The position numbers were made by a program, and so were the translations under genes. DNA of 64,000 nt from contig JBBPEB010000014.1 in the NCBI GenBank assembly GCA_039096225.1, forward strand, positions 1,116,001 to 1,180,000, in the 5' to 3' direction. A model generated the notes under the pieces. That model ran no database searches and was not told the origin of the DNA. It worked only from the letters and a program-made list of their open reading frames with translations. The stretch comes from Blastocystis sp. Blastoise (taxonomy: Eukaryota; Protista; Bigyra: Opalinata). Positions 31,539 to 47,887 of this stretch are shown piece by piece; within the stretch, counting starts at the first letter, position 1; each line of letters begins with the position of its first letter.

Positions 31539-34500
31539 TTAATGTTTATTAAAGATAGATTTTTGAGGTTGTGTTGTTTTTTTTATATAAGGATTAATAT
31601 TTATTGGAGGTTGTTGTTTTGATACATTTTGAGTGGAGAGTGTTATAGAATTTGATGGTTTATAAGGAAGAGATGAAGAGTTAACTTGAGGAGTTGATAG
31701 TTGAGTATTAGAAGGATTATGAATAGAAGAAATAGAAGAAACAGGAGTTTGAGGAGAAGACATATTCATGTAATTTGTAATAGTTTTTTGAGCAGGATTA
31801 GAATTAGAAGGAATAGAATTAAAATTAGAATTAGAAGGAATAGAATTAGAATTAGAAGGAATAGAATTAAAATTAGAATTAGAAGGAATAGAATTAGAAT
31901 TAGAAGGAATATTATTAGAATTAGAATTATTATTTGAAATATGTGAAATATTAGTTGCTGTTTTTGGTTCTGTATTCGTTTTTTCAAATATAGAATTATT
32001 CATCTGATAGAATTGTAATAAATTATTATAATTCATCGATTGTTCAGAAGTAACAGATTGTGTATCCTCAAAATAATCTTCTTCACTAATTAATTGACCA
32101 CGTTTATAATTTTGTTTTGTTTTATTTCCATGGAAATCAAAAGCAATTCCTTCGCCTTCTCGTTCTCCAGATCTCCATCGACCTTGATATATTTCTCCTG
32201 TATGAAAGAAATATATACCTGAACCATGCTTTTTATCTAATTTAAATCGACCTTCATACATATCACCATTATAATATTTTAAACTTCCATGACCTTCTCG
32301 AAGATCTTCTTTCCATTCACCTATATAGATATCACCATTAGCATATTTCATAGTACCTTGACCCTCTTTTAAATCATGATTCCATTCACCACTATAAATA
32401 TCACCATTTGCAAATATATTTTCACCTTGGCCACTTCGACATGTTTTATCCCAATAGCCATGATATTCTTCACCAGTAATAAAATATATATCACAATAAC
32501 CTAATTTATAACCATCTATAAAATTACCTTGAAAGAAATTACCATCTGGATAGGAAATTAATCCTTTTCCATCACGTTTATTCTTATGAAATGAACCTTC
32601 ATAAATTAAACCATTTTTCAATAATTCTTTTCCATTACCTTCTTTTTCACCATATTCATTAAAAGATCCTTCATATATATCACCATTCTTATTTATTAAT
32701 TGACCTTCAGAAGACATATATCCATGTATATATAATCCAGAAAATATACTTCCATCTACTAATAATTCTTTACCATATCCTTCTTGTATATTATTAGACC
32801 AACTTCCTTCATACCAAGTTTGATCAATTCTTAATAATTTACCTTGACCTTCTCGAATATTCTCTTTCCAATTTCCTGTATATACACTACCATCTGCATA
32901 ATAATAAGTACCTAAACCTTCTTGTTTATCATTAAGCCAATAACCATCATATTTCTCATTATTAGGATATAATTGAACTCCTTTTCCATTTCTTAAATTA
33001 TCTTTCCATTGTCCAGTATAATGAAGACTATCTACAGTAATAAGCATACCTTCTCCTTGTTTCTTATTATTAAGCCAATATCCATTATAAAAGGATCCAT
33101 CTATATAATACATCTTTCCTTTACCATTACGATATTCATCATCCCATTCACCTTCATATTTACTACCATCCATATATAAGAAAGTACAATATCCTCTTCG
33201 TATATCATCTACCCACATTCCATTATATTCACTACCATCACAATAATTCTCCTTACCTATTCCTTCTCTTATATTATTATGCCAATGACCTTTATATATC
33301 TGACCATTCTTCCATATCTTTATACCTTCTCCTTCTCTTTTATCATTACTCCAATCACCTTCATAAATATCACCATTCTCATAGGTAATCTTACCTTTCC
33401 CTTCTTTCTTATCATTTACAAAATCACCTATATATATAGAACCATCTTGAAATTTATTTGTTCCTTTTCCTTCTCGAACACTATCATTCCATTCTCCTTC
33501 ATATTGTTCTCCATTCGTAAATGTATATAAGCAATGTCCTTTTCGCTTATTATTAATCCAATCTCCTTTATAAATATCACCATTCATATAATATTCTATT
33601 CCTTTTCCTTCTTTATTATTATTCTTCCATTCACCATTATAAATAGTACCATTCATATATATCATTTTACCTGTAGATTCTCGTTGATCATTTATAAAAT
33701 TACCATAATAAATATCACCATTATGATAATAATATATACCAAATCCATTCTTCTTTTCTTCTTTCCACATACCAACATATCTATCATTATTGAAATATAA
33801 ATAGGCACCATAAGAAGAAATATGATCTTCTTTCCATTCACCATTATAAATACCTTTATCTTTATATATATATAATCCAATACCATCTCGTTTTCCAGAT
33901 TTCCAATCACCTTGATAAATATCACCATTCATATAGGTTTGTGTTCCTTGACCCTCTTGAATATCTTCATTTCTATCTCCATAATATAAGCCATTATCAT
34001 TTGCCCATTCTATAGAATCCATTACTGAAAAAGCAGCTCGATGAGGCAAATTAGAAGATTGAATTTGAGATAATAATCCTTTTGGACCCACTTTAATATC
34101 TTTTATTACATTCAACTCCACTAGAAAATATATATATTTATTTATAAAATAATATATAGATATAATTATATAGAAAAATATATATATAGAAATAATAATA
34201 TAGAAAAAAATAATAAAATAATAAAAAAATAATAATATCAAAAATAAAAAAAACTAATATATATACATAGAAAGTCTGGTTTATATTCGATGATTTCATT
34301 ATATCTAAAATCATAAAATCCAACTGTATTTGTATTTTCTAATACTGTGTAATTATCTTTAATATATAAACGATAATTTGATGGAATAATTAAAGAATAT
34401 CGCTCTTTAAAAATCTATATATAAATTCTCGTTTAATTATTTCTATTGGTTATATCTTTTGTGAAAATTATATATATATATAATAAAAATATATACAGAT

Positions 34501-34887
34501 GTAGTTTCTGTGATGACTTGTTCAATAGTTTTATCGAAAGAACATTGATACTGTTCTCCAACACTTTGATAGAAAATAGTAACATTATACTTTTCTTTTG
34601 ACATAACTAGCTTTAGAGTAATTCCTGTTGGTGTACACAACGTTTTTAATAAGCAATTACAAACAAGTTGCGTGTCACTCAAATAGTAAATTTGACGAGA
34701 CTTCTCAATTTTCAATTCATCCTATGGAAATAAAGTGTTCATGATCGTTTATACGTTAAATAATAATTAGAAAAGGAATTATACTTACTTGAACTTTTTG
34801 TCGTAACCAATCAAAGTCAGAAGTATCATCAAAAGTAAATTCTTTTGTTTTATCTTCATAAAGAATATGAATTATATGTTCTTCCAT
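31539..34887 (-). CDS. MORN-repeat protein with possible N-terminal ubiquitin-like domains and S/N/P-rich tail
   Basis: More than 25 YxGxWxxxxRxGxG repeats in the large exon; three upstream exons from ATG 34887. Confidence 0.9.
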
Positions 34888-35289
34888 ATTGAAAATACTG
34901 AAAAAAAGTATTTATAAAAGGACGACTTTTCTGTAAAAAATTTGTTTTCTTAAACATTTTCTTTTCAACTTATTTAAATATTAAGATAAACATAGAATAA
35001 TATTCTTTATGATCAAAATATTACATTTGACAAATCAATATATATGTATCATAGAAAGTTAATTTCGAAGAATGTTGTCATTTTATAGATGTATCTGTTT
35101 TTTGTTGTTGTAATAAAATATAATAATAAAAAAATAAATTTGTATATGGTATTAATATAAATAATTGAATAAAGATGTGATATCATTATACTATTTATTG
35201 AAAATGAATTAAAAAAAAGAATAATGAAAACAAAAAACTGAGATTTCTTCTTCTTCACGCATAAAGAATATTATAAAGTAGAATCACAT

Positions 35290-35814
35290 TTAGAATTTCT
35301 TGACTAATTCATTGATAGCCATATCAGATTCACCCTATAGAAAAAAATAAAAATAATAATAATTAGTATTAGTATTAAAAAAAATAATGACTGAGATATA
35401 AAGCATCAAACAATATTAAGCAAGTAAAGAATAATTGACAAAATAATCTCGTATAAATAGCAATGAAAGAAGAAGAAATACCTTAACACGGACATATCCG
35501 GCAAGAGCGATGGTGTTGTACTTACCAGTGTAGACACCGTTTTCATCGAGACAACCGACAGAAATCTAAATAGATTTATAAATAAGAATAAAACAATGAA
35601 AAAAATAAAATGTTGAAATAAAATATTTGATCTTCATACTTGAACGGATGAATGATCCTTAGCAGCGATGATTTGGTTAGTCCAATCGCAAGAAAAAAGA
35701 GAATAATAAGTAATGAGGAGATGACATGGGAAGAAGTGTAGAACAATATAGTTATATCAAATACCATTTTCTGGGAATGTATAAATCAACAATACGTCCT
35801 TGTTCGTTTTGCAT
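35290..35814 (-). CDS. RPS21: 40S ribosomal protein S21 (eS21), 4 exons
   Basis: MQNEQGRIVDLYIPRKC|DWTNQIIAAKDHSSVQ|ISVGCLDENGVYTG...GYVRVK|GESD. Confidence 0.97.
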
Positions 35815-36166
35815 TATGAATACTACTTTTGAAGCGTGAGGTAAAAAGTATGCTTATTGAAGCAAATAATGGTTGAAAAAACCAAAAAACAGTAGCCTTC
35901 TTTTCATGGTTTTTTCACGTCGGATTCTTCTCTGTCATTCATGTATGCATTTGTATTAGAGGAAAGAAGGTCATTTTCTTAAAAAATACATTCCGCCGTG
36001 ATTCTTGCATTGTTCATATACAATTTTTTATTGTTTCTTTATTCCCATCAATAGCCGAGCTTCCATGATTTTTCTGCTTTTCCTCCCATAATAATCAAAA
36101 TATACACTTTTATTTTTCTTTTTTGATGGGATAAAATGAATTGATTATTTGCTATACTTGGTCATT

Positions 36167-38070
36167 ATGAATCCTTTATACACTACTAAAGTTGAATCGT
36201 ATGTTTTGGTATATACAACTGATAAGTCATTTTTAGTCCTTATTGTACTAATGGGGTCACAAATACTAATGAATGTGAGAAAAGTACTCCAACATATCTT
36301 GTATGCTATTAAGTTTAATCCTTATTACTGTATTTGAATGTTATTCGTGTGTTTTAATGTATAGTTATGTGAAAGTCGTGCAGAAGCTCGTCTTCTTCAA
36401 AGTTATTTGGATGACAAATGGAAGGATGATGATGACTATGGTATTTTTGCAAATATTTCTCAACCTATATATGTAGAAGACAACAAACCAATCGCCATGA
36501 GCCAATATGAGTATATTTTAAAACTATTTGATTCAATATTTTTTAATTTTATGATAGGTTTTTTAAAAATGAAGAGAATCAAATCAAAGAATTGCCTGTA
36601 GATTTTTTTTTCTATCTTATTCTTTATTTATATTAGAATATTCAAACAATCGATCTTGATGATTATTTTTCTAATTTGAAAACAAAAGAATTAGGTCGTT
36701 TAGTATTATATGGTGAGAAAATCAGTAGTACTCAAACATTATTAATGAATAAATTTAAATTCTTTCAAAAAGGTCTTGTGGCTATTACTGATGAACAATT
36801 TAAAGGAAGAGGTACATATATATATTATTAGTTATATGTATAATATTCTTATATTTTATTATTATTATTATATAATATTTCTATAATAGTAATAATAATT
36901 TGCTAACGATTTCACATTATGTTTTGTTTTACGTTTTATACTCTATATTATTCTATACTTTATATTATTCTATACTCTATATTCTTCTTCTTATTTCTTT
37001 ACTGAATAGGTCGTACAAGCAATAAATGGGTAAGTCCCCGCGGTTGTTTGATGTTCTCCTTTAAGATGCAATTAATTAATGGAAATTATCTCTGTTTTGT
37101 TCAATATATTATCTCTATTGCTATTATTAGGGCTATTAAACAGATGGAAGGATGTCAAGTATATATTATGTTTATTATGTTTATTATTTTGTTTATTATT
37201 TTGTTTATTATATTTATTATAATACACCTATATATATACTTATTATAATACACCTATATATACTTAATATTATATAGAATCTAGATATTGGTATAAAATG
37301 GCCTAATGATATATATATCAATAAAAGAACAAAGATTGGAGGTATTATTTGTCAGTCAGTATATTCTAGTGCTTTTGATATTACATTAGGTATATATACA
37401 TATTTATTCTCTTTTAATTTTTTTATATCTATTCTGTTGTATATTAATTCATATATAACTATATATTTAATATTTTCATAACTATAAATAGGATGTGGTA
37501 TTAATATCAATAATGACGCACCTAGTACATGTATTGATACTGAAGCCTCTATTCTTGCCAAACGACCTATTATTCTCTCTAGGTATCTTTATATTCTATT
37601 TATTATTCTATTTATTAATTTATTATTCTATTTATTAATTTATTATATCTTTCAAATCAATATTTCCTTAACATATCATAATATATATATATATTTTTAA
37701 TATTTCCCATTTTCTATATAGAGCTCAAGTATTAGCTCATATTATGAATGAATTTGAACCTATTTTAGAATTATTTAGTTCAGACGGATTCAGACCTTTT
37801 AAGGATGAATATTTAGGTATTTGGCTTCATAGTGATCAAAAAGTAACTGTATTGGGAGACAACGGAAAGAATACTAATGTTACTATTAAAGGTATATATA
37901 TATATAATACTATTTTATAATAATATATAATTTCTTATTTCATTATATATATAGGATTAACAGATGAAGGATATTTATTGGCTATCTCTGAAGAGGGAGA
38001 AACTCTTCAGTTATTCCCTGATGGAAACTCATTCAATTTCCTTCAAGGACTGATTTCTAAGAAAATATAA
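36167..38070 (+). CDS. HLCS: Biotin-protein ligase / holocarboxylase synthetase (BirA-like catalytic domain)
   Basis: SSTQT, QFKGRGRTSNKWVSPRGCLMFS, IKWPNDIY, KIGGII, GCGIN, WLHS, PDGNSFNFLQGLI. Confidence 0.92.
37583..37721 (+). other. Candidate U12-type GT-AG intron in the biotin ligase gene
   Basis: 5' GTATCTTT and perfect U12 branch motif TTTCCTTAAC at 37663-37672, but about 50 nt from the AG, further than usual. Confidence 0.45.
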
Positions 38071-38733
38071 TCTTATTCATTTATATTCTATTTATTTATC
38101 TTAAAATAATAAAGTCAACTATTCTACAGAAAGTGATTTTTATTTTTATTATATATACAGAGAATAACAGTGTTTTCATCATTATATATATATATATTTT
38201 TTTTCTTTAGATTATTTACATATTTATACTTTTATATTTATTGAAGAAACGTAACTATTACTAAATTTATTTCTATATATCTCTATTTTAAAGAGTTATT
38301 TATTATTTTTGCAGTATTTACTTGGTTTAGATTTTAATTTTTTTCAAACTTATATTACAATTTAATTATTCCTATTTATAAAACATTAAAAATAGATATA
38401 TATTTTTTATATACCATCGTGTAATAAATAAATTCATAATTTGCTAAGTAAAATTAGACTACAAGGAAAAATGACAGCTTTAAACACAACACTTTATAAA
38501 TATACAAATTGTAAAATATAAAACTCATACAATAAAAAATGAGTGTATCTATAAAAGATCTGATTCAATAAAGTGACACAAATATATACATGACAGTCAA
38601 ATAAAATAAAAAATAATAATACATTATTAAAACATTATAAAAGTAAAAAATAAATAAAAATTTATATATATATAAATAACTATAAATAAATATAAATAAA
38701 AAAAAATACATATATATATATAAATAAATTCAT

Positions 38734-40311
38734 TTAGAAACGATTAATATCTGAGCATATACGATATATTCTGAATCCCGTTCCTGTAGAATGAAGTAGA
38801 ATAGCTTGAGATTGTTTAAACCATATATTATGAGGATGTTTATAATGATAATCCCCATACACCCACCAACGATGATCTTGTAGTTTCGTTCCACAGAAAT
38901 CAGATAGTAAAGCAACTACTTGATCATCTACATGATTTAGAGTAGGTATAGATCTAAATATATTCATATGACAATGAACAAGAGATCCAGTCATTAGATA
39001 TCCAGGACCAAAAGCAAAAGGTACAGTATGATCTAATGCTATTTTAGGAAGGGAATGTTTCTCATTAAAAGGAGGGACGTTCGTTGTACTTGGATAAGCA
39101 AAACCAATATATCCTTTTGTTTGAGGATGATTCTTAATATATAATAATAAACGATGAACACATATACAAGTATCATCATCTCCTGAATAATAATAAGGAG
39201 TAGTAGAATTATATGCATGAAAAATATCTTCAGCCATAATTGTCTTTAATAATAAGAATTCATATAAATCTGGAACATTTAATAATATTATATCTTTATA
39301 TTTTTTTTGTTCACTAAGAAGTAATTGAAGCATTTCTGGTTTAACATTATCTATACCCATAACAAAATAAAATTTAAATGTTCCTAAAGATTTTGATATA
39401 TATGTTGAATTAAAAGAAGTTGCGCGAAGTGCTCTGCGATTCACTTTATTTATTGGTCGACTTTTAATAAATCCAACTAAAGTAAGAGAATCAAAAGGAT
39501 GAAGAGGATCTTCAAATTCAGGTAATGAATATACTGAAAAATGTTGATTTAATGGAATATCCATAGTTCTATTTTGATATGCATAAATACGTTTAAATTT
39601 ATTCACTACTATTTCATGTTGATAATAAAAAACTTGAGAAGTATTTTTAGAAATAGGAAGCAAATTTCGTGTATAAGGTAAATATTTAACTTCATTTTTC
39701 TCAGGAAATGTTCCATTCAAATAAGCATACATGAAATTACCTACTAAAAGATCATTTGTTAATTGAGTTTTATTTAATTCTAAATTAATAGGTATTTCTG
39801 TAGACGCATTATTTGAATTTTCAACATGTTCTATCAATTAGATACATGAAATATAAAGATAAAAAATACCTTTTGAGTCTTGAATGACTGAATTAAGAGT
39901 TTCTGTTGTATTCTTTACCAGTCTATATAATAAATAATATTATTTATGATATATTGATATAAAGTAGAATGCATATTATGATGTATACATTGTATTTGAC
40001 GAATTTGAAGAAGAATTAAGAATCAATTCACTTATGTTTGTTTGTTTTTCAATTTTTTGTATTGGTGGATTCATATCTTGAACTGATACATTTAGAAAAT
40101 CACTCTTAGTATCAACAGTTACATTTTGTCTCACAGAAAAATGTCCGGAATGTTTATGGAATGATAACGATCCAAAATGTGAAGCTAGATAATGTTATTA
40201 ATAAACATAGAAAATGAAGATACGCAATATATTTTGATACAAATAGTGACAGCATGACGTAGCACCAATAAATATTATAAAAATGCAATAGCAATTAATA
40301 AAGTAGTTCAT
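38734..40311 (-). CDS. Beta-1,3-galactosyltransferase-like type II membrane protein (GT31)
   Basis: N-terminal TM; RRALRAT, FVMG, EQKKYKDII, D.Y..L.LKT, GDDD, FAFGPGY, DD..V motifs. Confidence 0.82.
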
Positions 40312-40715
40312 CCTCTTTATAAAATTGATTTTTAAATAAATTATTAAAGAGAAACTAGGAAATATAAAGAAAATAAATTATATCAAAATATATCATCGAC
40401 TAGTTTCATTTTTTTTTTATTGAAAAAAAATGTTTTAATTTTTTTAGTAAATTTGACTGAGAATGATGAAGAAACTACACAATATGCATAAGAATAGAGT
40501 ACATGATAGAATTAGGGAGAATTGAAATAAAGCTACAGTAATAAAGAAATAAAAAATATAAAAATATGAAGTATTTATAATTAAGGTCCATATATAAACA
40601 TATAAATCATAGTTAAAAACACAAACACACAAATAATGCAAATAAAAAAATTATATATACTATAAATGATCATAAAATATAAAACAATAAAATAAAATTT
40701 AAATGATAATTATTT

Positions 40716-42466
40716 TTATAAAAGAGAAGTATATATATGTTTCATTTTCTTTTGTGTATTTTCGATATATCCATCAATTACTGCTAACTGTTGACTATTC
40801 AGATCCATTGGGTGATCAGCATTAATGACAGAAAGAAGATCATCAACAGCTTTATATACGGCTAATGGTTCAAGGGCCTTTCGAAGAACATGGAATTCAC
40901 AGAATAATTGAATATATCCATCATCTGAATATTGATGTATTCTCTTTAAGGTTGGTACAACTATCGTAATACTCTCTTCTAAAACACGAGTTAAAATTGG
41001 TACTTTCCATTCTTTAACAATATCTTTATGTACAGTATGATATAGATTACCCACTATAACCGAAAGTTCAATAATCACATTTAAAATATTATTTCTTGGC
41101 ATAGTAAGTGTATTATAAGTACCCCATTTTTCACTATTAATGGTATCAAGAAGAAGTGAACTGATTAAATCGACTTTCGATTTTATATATATATTTAAAA
41201 ACTTATTTTCTAATTTTTCACAAAGATACATTACTTTTTCATATTCTTCTTCATAATGTAATTGATATTTCTCAATATGAAGTAATAATATATATTCACG
41301 AATAAACTTATAAGTATATGCAGAACGAAGGAATAAACAAATATCATCTACTCCATAAGTAAGTGTTGATGTATATTGATTTATTTTATTGATAATTTCA
41401 TTAAAAATATTCTTATGGAAAATTGTATAGTGTTCTATCAATTCCTCTTTGAATTCTTCTTTATATTTCTTGACAATAGTATATAGATGATCCATTTCTT
41501 GTTGTACTTCCCAGCATTTATTATCCTCCATATACATAGATATACTATTTGGAAGAAGAAGAGACTCATTCGAATAATTACAAACTTGTTTAAATAAAGC
41601 AGTAAATCCTATATCAAGATACATATTAAGTATTTTCGTTTCCAATAAAGAAAGAAGATTATTCACAATCATCTATAGATATATATGTATATGATTATAT
41701 ATATATATGATATATATATATATGAGTATATACGGAGAGAATATCAAGATTCTTTTGAGAAAAAGTAGTAATAACTAAATAATAATAATAAACATATATT
41801 TATTATATGTAGATAAATATACTCTTAGGAATAATAAAACCATCCTTTGAAAACTAGATAAAAATAATAAAAATAATAATAATAATAAACATAATAAATA
41901 TAATAATAATAATAATAATATATACAGAGGACATATCTACATGAATATCACGAGCAACATTAAGAAGACCTTCTTTGGTAAATATATAATTTCCCGTGAA
42001 TATCTTTGCATTTTCAGGAGACATAGTAGTATCGGTAGAAGAAATATGACCATAAGAAATATATAAATCAATAGTATTAACATAAAGTTGAATGACTTTC
42101 GTGATTATAAGAGTTATTTCTTTACCAACATCGACTTCGTCATTTCCACGGGAATACTTTTCTTGATTTTCATAATAATGCTATAGAAACGCAAGTAATA
42201 TATACAATATAATATAATATATATATATATATAATAAATATAATAATAGATACATCAGCTATAGAGTATAATGTATATAAAGTAGTTTTAAGGAGTTCTT
42301 TGTATTTATGAGTATAGTCAGTAATCAGGGAAGCTAAGAGACTATATTGAGGACATGTGTACTATATATATTAAGAAAAAAAATAGTATAATTAAAAAAA
42401 AAAACTATTTAAATTCTTATATATATACATTTTCAAGATCAATATGATGTAATTCTAAATCCCTAT

Positions 42467-42513
<47 letters not shown>

Positions 42514-43099
42514 TTTTACTTGTGAAATTCTTTATCTATTTCTTGAACTTTATTTTCCCACGATTCTAAGTCGATTTTGAGAACATATAATTCGGGACTT
42601 TCTGGAGATTCTAATTGTAAACAATAAGTCATAAGAGGTCCCTAGAAGATTAAAAAGTAGAGAGAAATAATAAAGAATATATATAATATAATATAATATA
42701 AAAATAATAATATGAATAGAGAGATTAAAAAAGTAGAGAGAAATAATAAAGAATATATATAATATAATATAATATAAAAATAATAATATGAATAGATAGA
42801 TAAAAAAGTAAAGAGAAATAATAAAGAATAAAGAATATATATATATATAAATTAAAAATAATAATCATACAATAATATGAATAGGAAGATTAGGAAGAGA
42901 TAATTGTTTAAAAAGTTGGTCTTGAAGGGTCTTCACAGCTACCGATATATCCTTTTGTATCTATATATATATATATGTGTTTTATAAGAATATATGAATC
43001 CTATAAATAATATTAATAATTATATATATATATATACAGTGTCTGAAAGAAGAGGTTCTTCAACATTAACTTGCTTTAGTTTATTCCATTCCTTAATAG

Positions 43100-43132
<33 letters not shown>

Positions 43133-43323
43133 CATTATTTAATAATAGTTATAAGAATAATAAAAACATAATAAATAGAAACATAATAATAAATATAAAT
43201 ATGACTACAATCTTACTTTATCATAATCACGGTTTTTAACATATTCATAAAGATCATTTGTAGTAGAATAAGAAGATATACAACGAGTATATAAATGTTG
43301 AATCTCTTCTAAATGAGTTAATT

Positions 43324-43395
<72 letters not shown>

Positions 43396-44259
43396 TATAT
43401 ACATATAAATAAATAAATATATATATATTTACAGTTCTTTGTTCTTGAAGTGGTTGAATCAAATTTTCAGCAATTTTATTTAATTGATATACAGGCTATA
43501 TATGAAATAAATCATAATATAAACTATATAAAAAATAAAAACAATATATATATATATATATACTTCGTTAAGAGGGATTTTTCCATTTTGAATCGCTTGT
43601 TTATTACTTAAAATAGTATTTAATATTTTAATTGTATCTCTTGCATGAACAAATGCACCAAAATTATCACTTACTAATGTCTTTATACTATCTTGCTCAT
43701 CCTTTACAGAAGAAGTCAAATTCCTATAGAATTATGTAAAGCAAATAAAGAGATAATATGAATGATTGAACAAATTTTTAATAAAAGATAATAATAATAT
43801 TAAATTAACAAAACTATAAAATGATTTCTATATACTGTAAGCCATTTTGTAATTGAGAGAAATTTGTTTGTTTATGAACAGTACTTAAGTAAGCAAGAGG
43901 CTCAAATTCAGAAGATAAATAATTTGTTTTATCGGATTCAGCTTCAACACGTCTGGATATAAAAATGAATAATATATAGATAAAATTTTAAATTATATTT
44001 TTATTCTTCATAATCAAATTTCAAGAATAACTTATTTATATACGTTGAGACAATCTTTAATGGATCATCAAAATCTCTATGAGTTTGTAAGATATTTGCC
44101 ATATCATTCTATAACAAAGGATATGAAATGAAGTAGGTATAGGTATGCATGTACATCAAGTAATTCATCTGCATTAAATTCATTTGAATCTACGTCATTC
44201 CAAGTAATTGGATCGTTTTCAACCTCTATGGGTTTAACTTCTTCAATCTCAACTGACAT
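40716..44259 (-). CDS. EXOC2: Exocyst complex component 2 (Sec5), multi-exon
   Basis: SSEFEPLAYLSTVHKQTNFSQLQNGL, LVSDNFGAFVHARDTI and the C-terminal GYIQLFCEF region are Sec5-like. Confidence 0.85.
42651..42830. repeat. About 75-bp tandem duplication (about 2.4 copies) inside a Sec5 intron
   Basis: TAAAAAGTAGAGAGAAATAATAAAGAATA... recurs at about 42651, 42726 and 42801. Confidence 0.8.
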
Positions 44260-44743
44260 TTATGAAAATATATTATTTAGAGATATATTGACACTAAGAG
44301 ACAGAAATAATCTTTTTATTAAAATAACATTATCTTGATATTATGGTCAACAATAATTTTATTACCCCTATTTATAAAACATTTCTCTGGGGAATAATCT
44401 TCTTTATAGGTTCTTTTTCTGTATATGCTTCCATATCATATATAATTTCTATTGGATGAACAAAAATTTTATTTAACATCTTTTGAACCATTTCTTGTGT
44501 TTTTTTTCAAATTATTATTATTTTTTAAATTTTGATATAATCATTTATTTTTTTATCTTAAATTCTATAGTGCTTAAAAAATCATGAATATAATATATAA
44601 GGAATTCAAACCAACAAAAAAAAAGTTTTAAATATCATATATAACTCAACAAGTACATACATATTAACTAAATATAAAATAAAAAAAACTCTATCTATGA
44701 AACTAAAAACTAAAAACTATTATATTTTGTATAACGAATAGAA

Positions 44744-47295
<2,552 letters not shown>

Positions 47296-47887
47296 TTTAT
47301 GATAAAACTATAAGAATAAACTAACTATTAAATATATAAATGAATCAAAAATCTATTCCAAACAAAAAGATCATTATTGATACAATGAAAACAAATCACT
47401 ACACAGTTTGGATTCGTTTTTTAGAAAAAGCACGGTTATTCACAATATTTAGCGTTATGAATAATTTTATTAATGGGAATTTCTGTCATGAAATAATCTT
47501 TAATATAATAAAACTCTGTTCTTTTCTTCTTGTCTTGTAAATAAAACGTTAATGACTTTATAATTGATATATAATTGAAATATAATGTTACGGTTGATCG
47601 ATGTAAATATAAGTGAATATAAAAATATTAAAAAAATGATAATAGAAAACATAACACGTGCAGAAGTTGTTTAGCTTATGAAATAGTGAAATTCAAATAA
47701 ACTATTCAATATTTAATTTTTTTAAGGAGAGATTCAGAATTAGTTTAATACATATAGACAAAAAAATAATGGAAAAATCAAAATCACAAAAAGAATGGAT
47801 GTAAGCAATGCGAGAAAGGATGTAAAAAGAGAAAAAAGAACAAGCTTACATTCTTTTGACAAGATAGAGAACATAATAGAATAAAGC

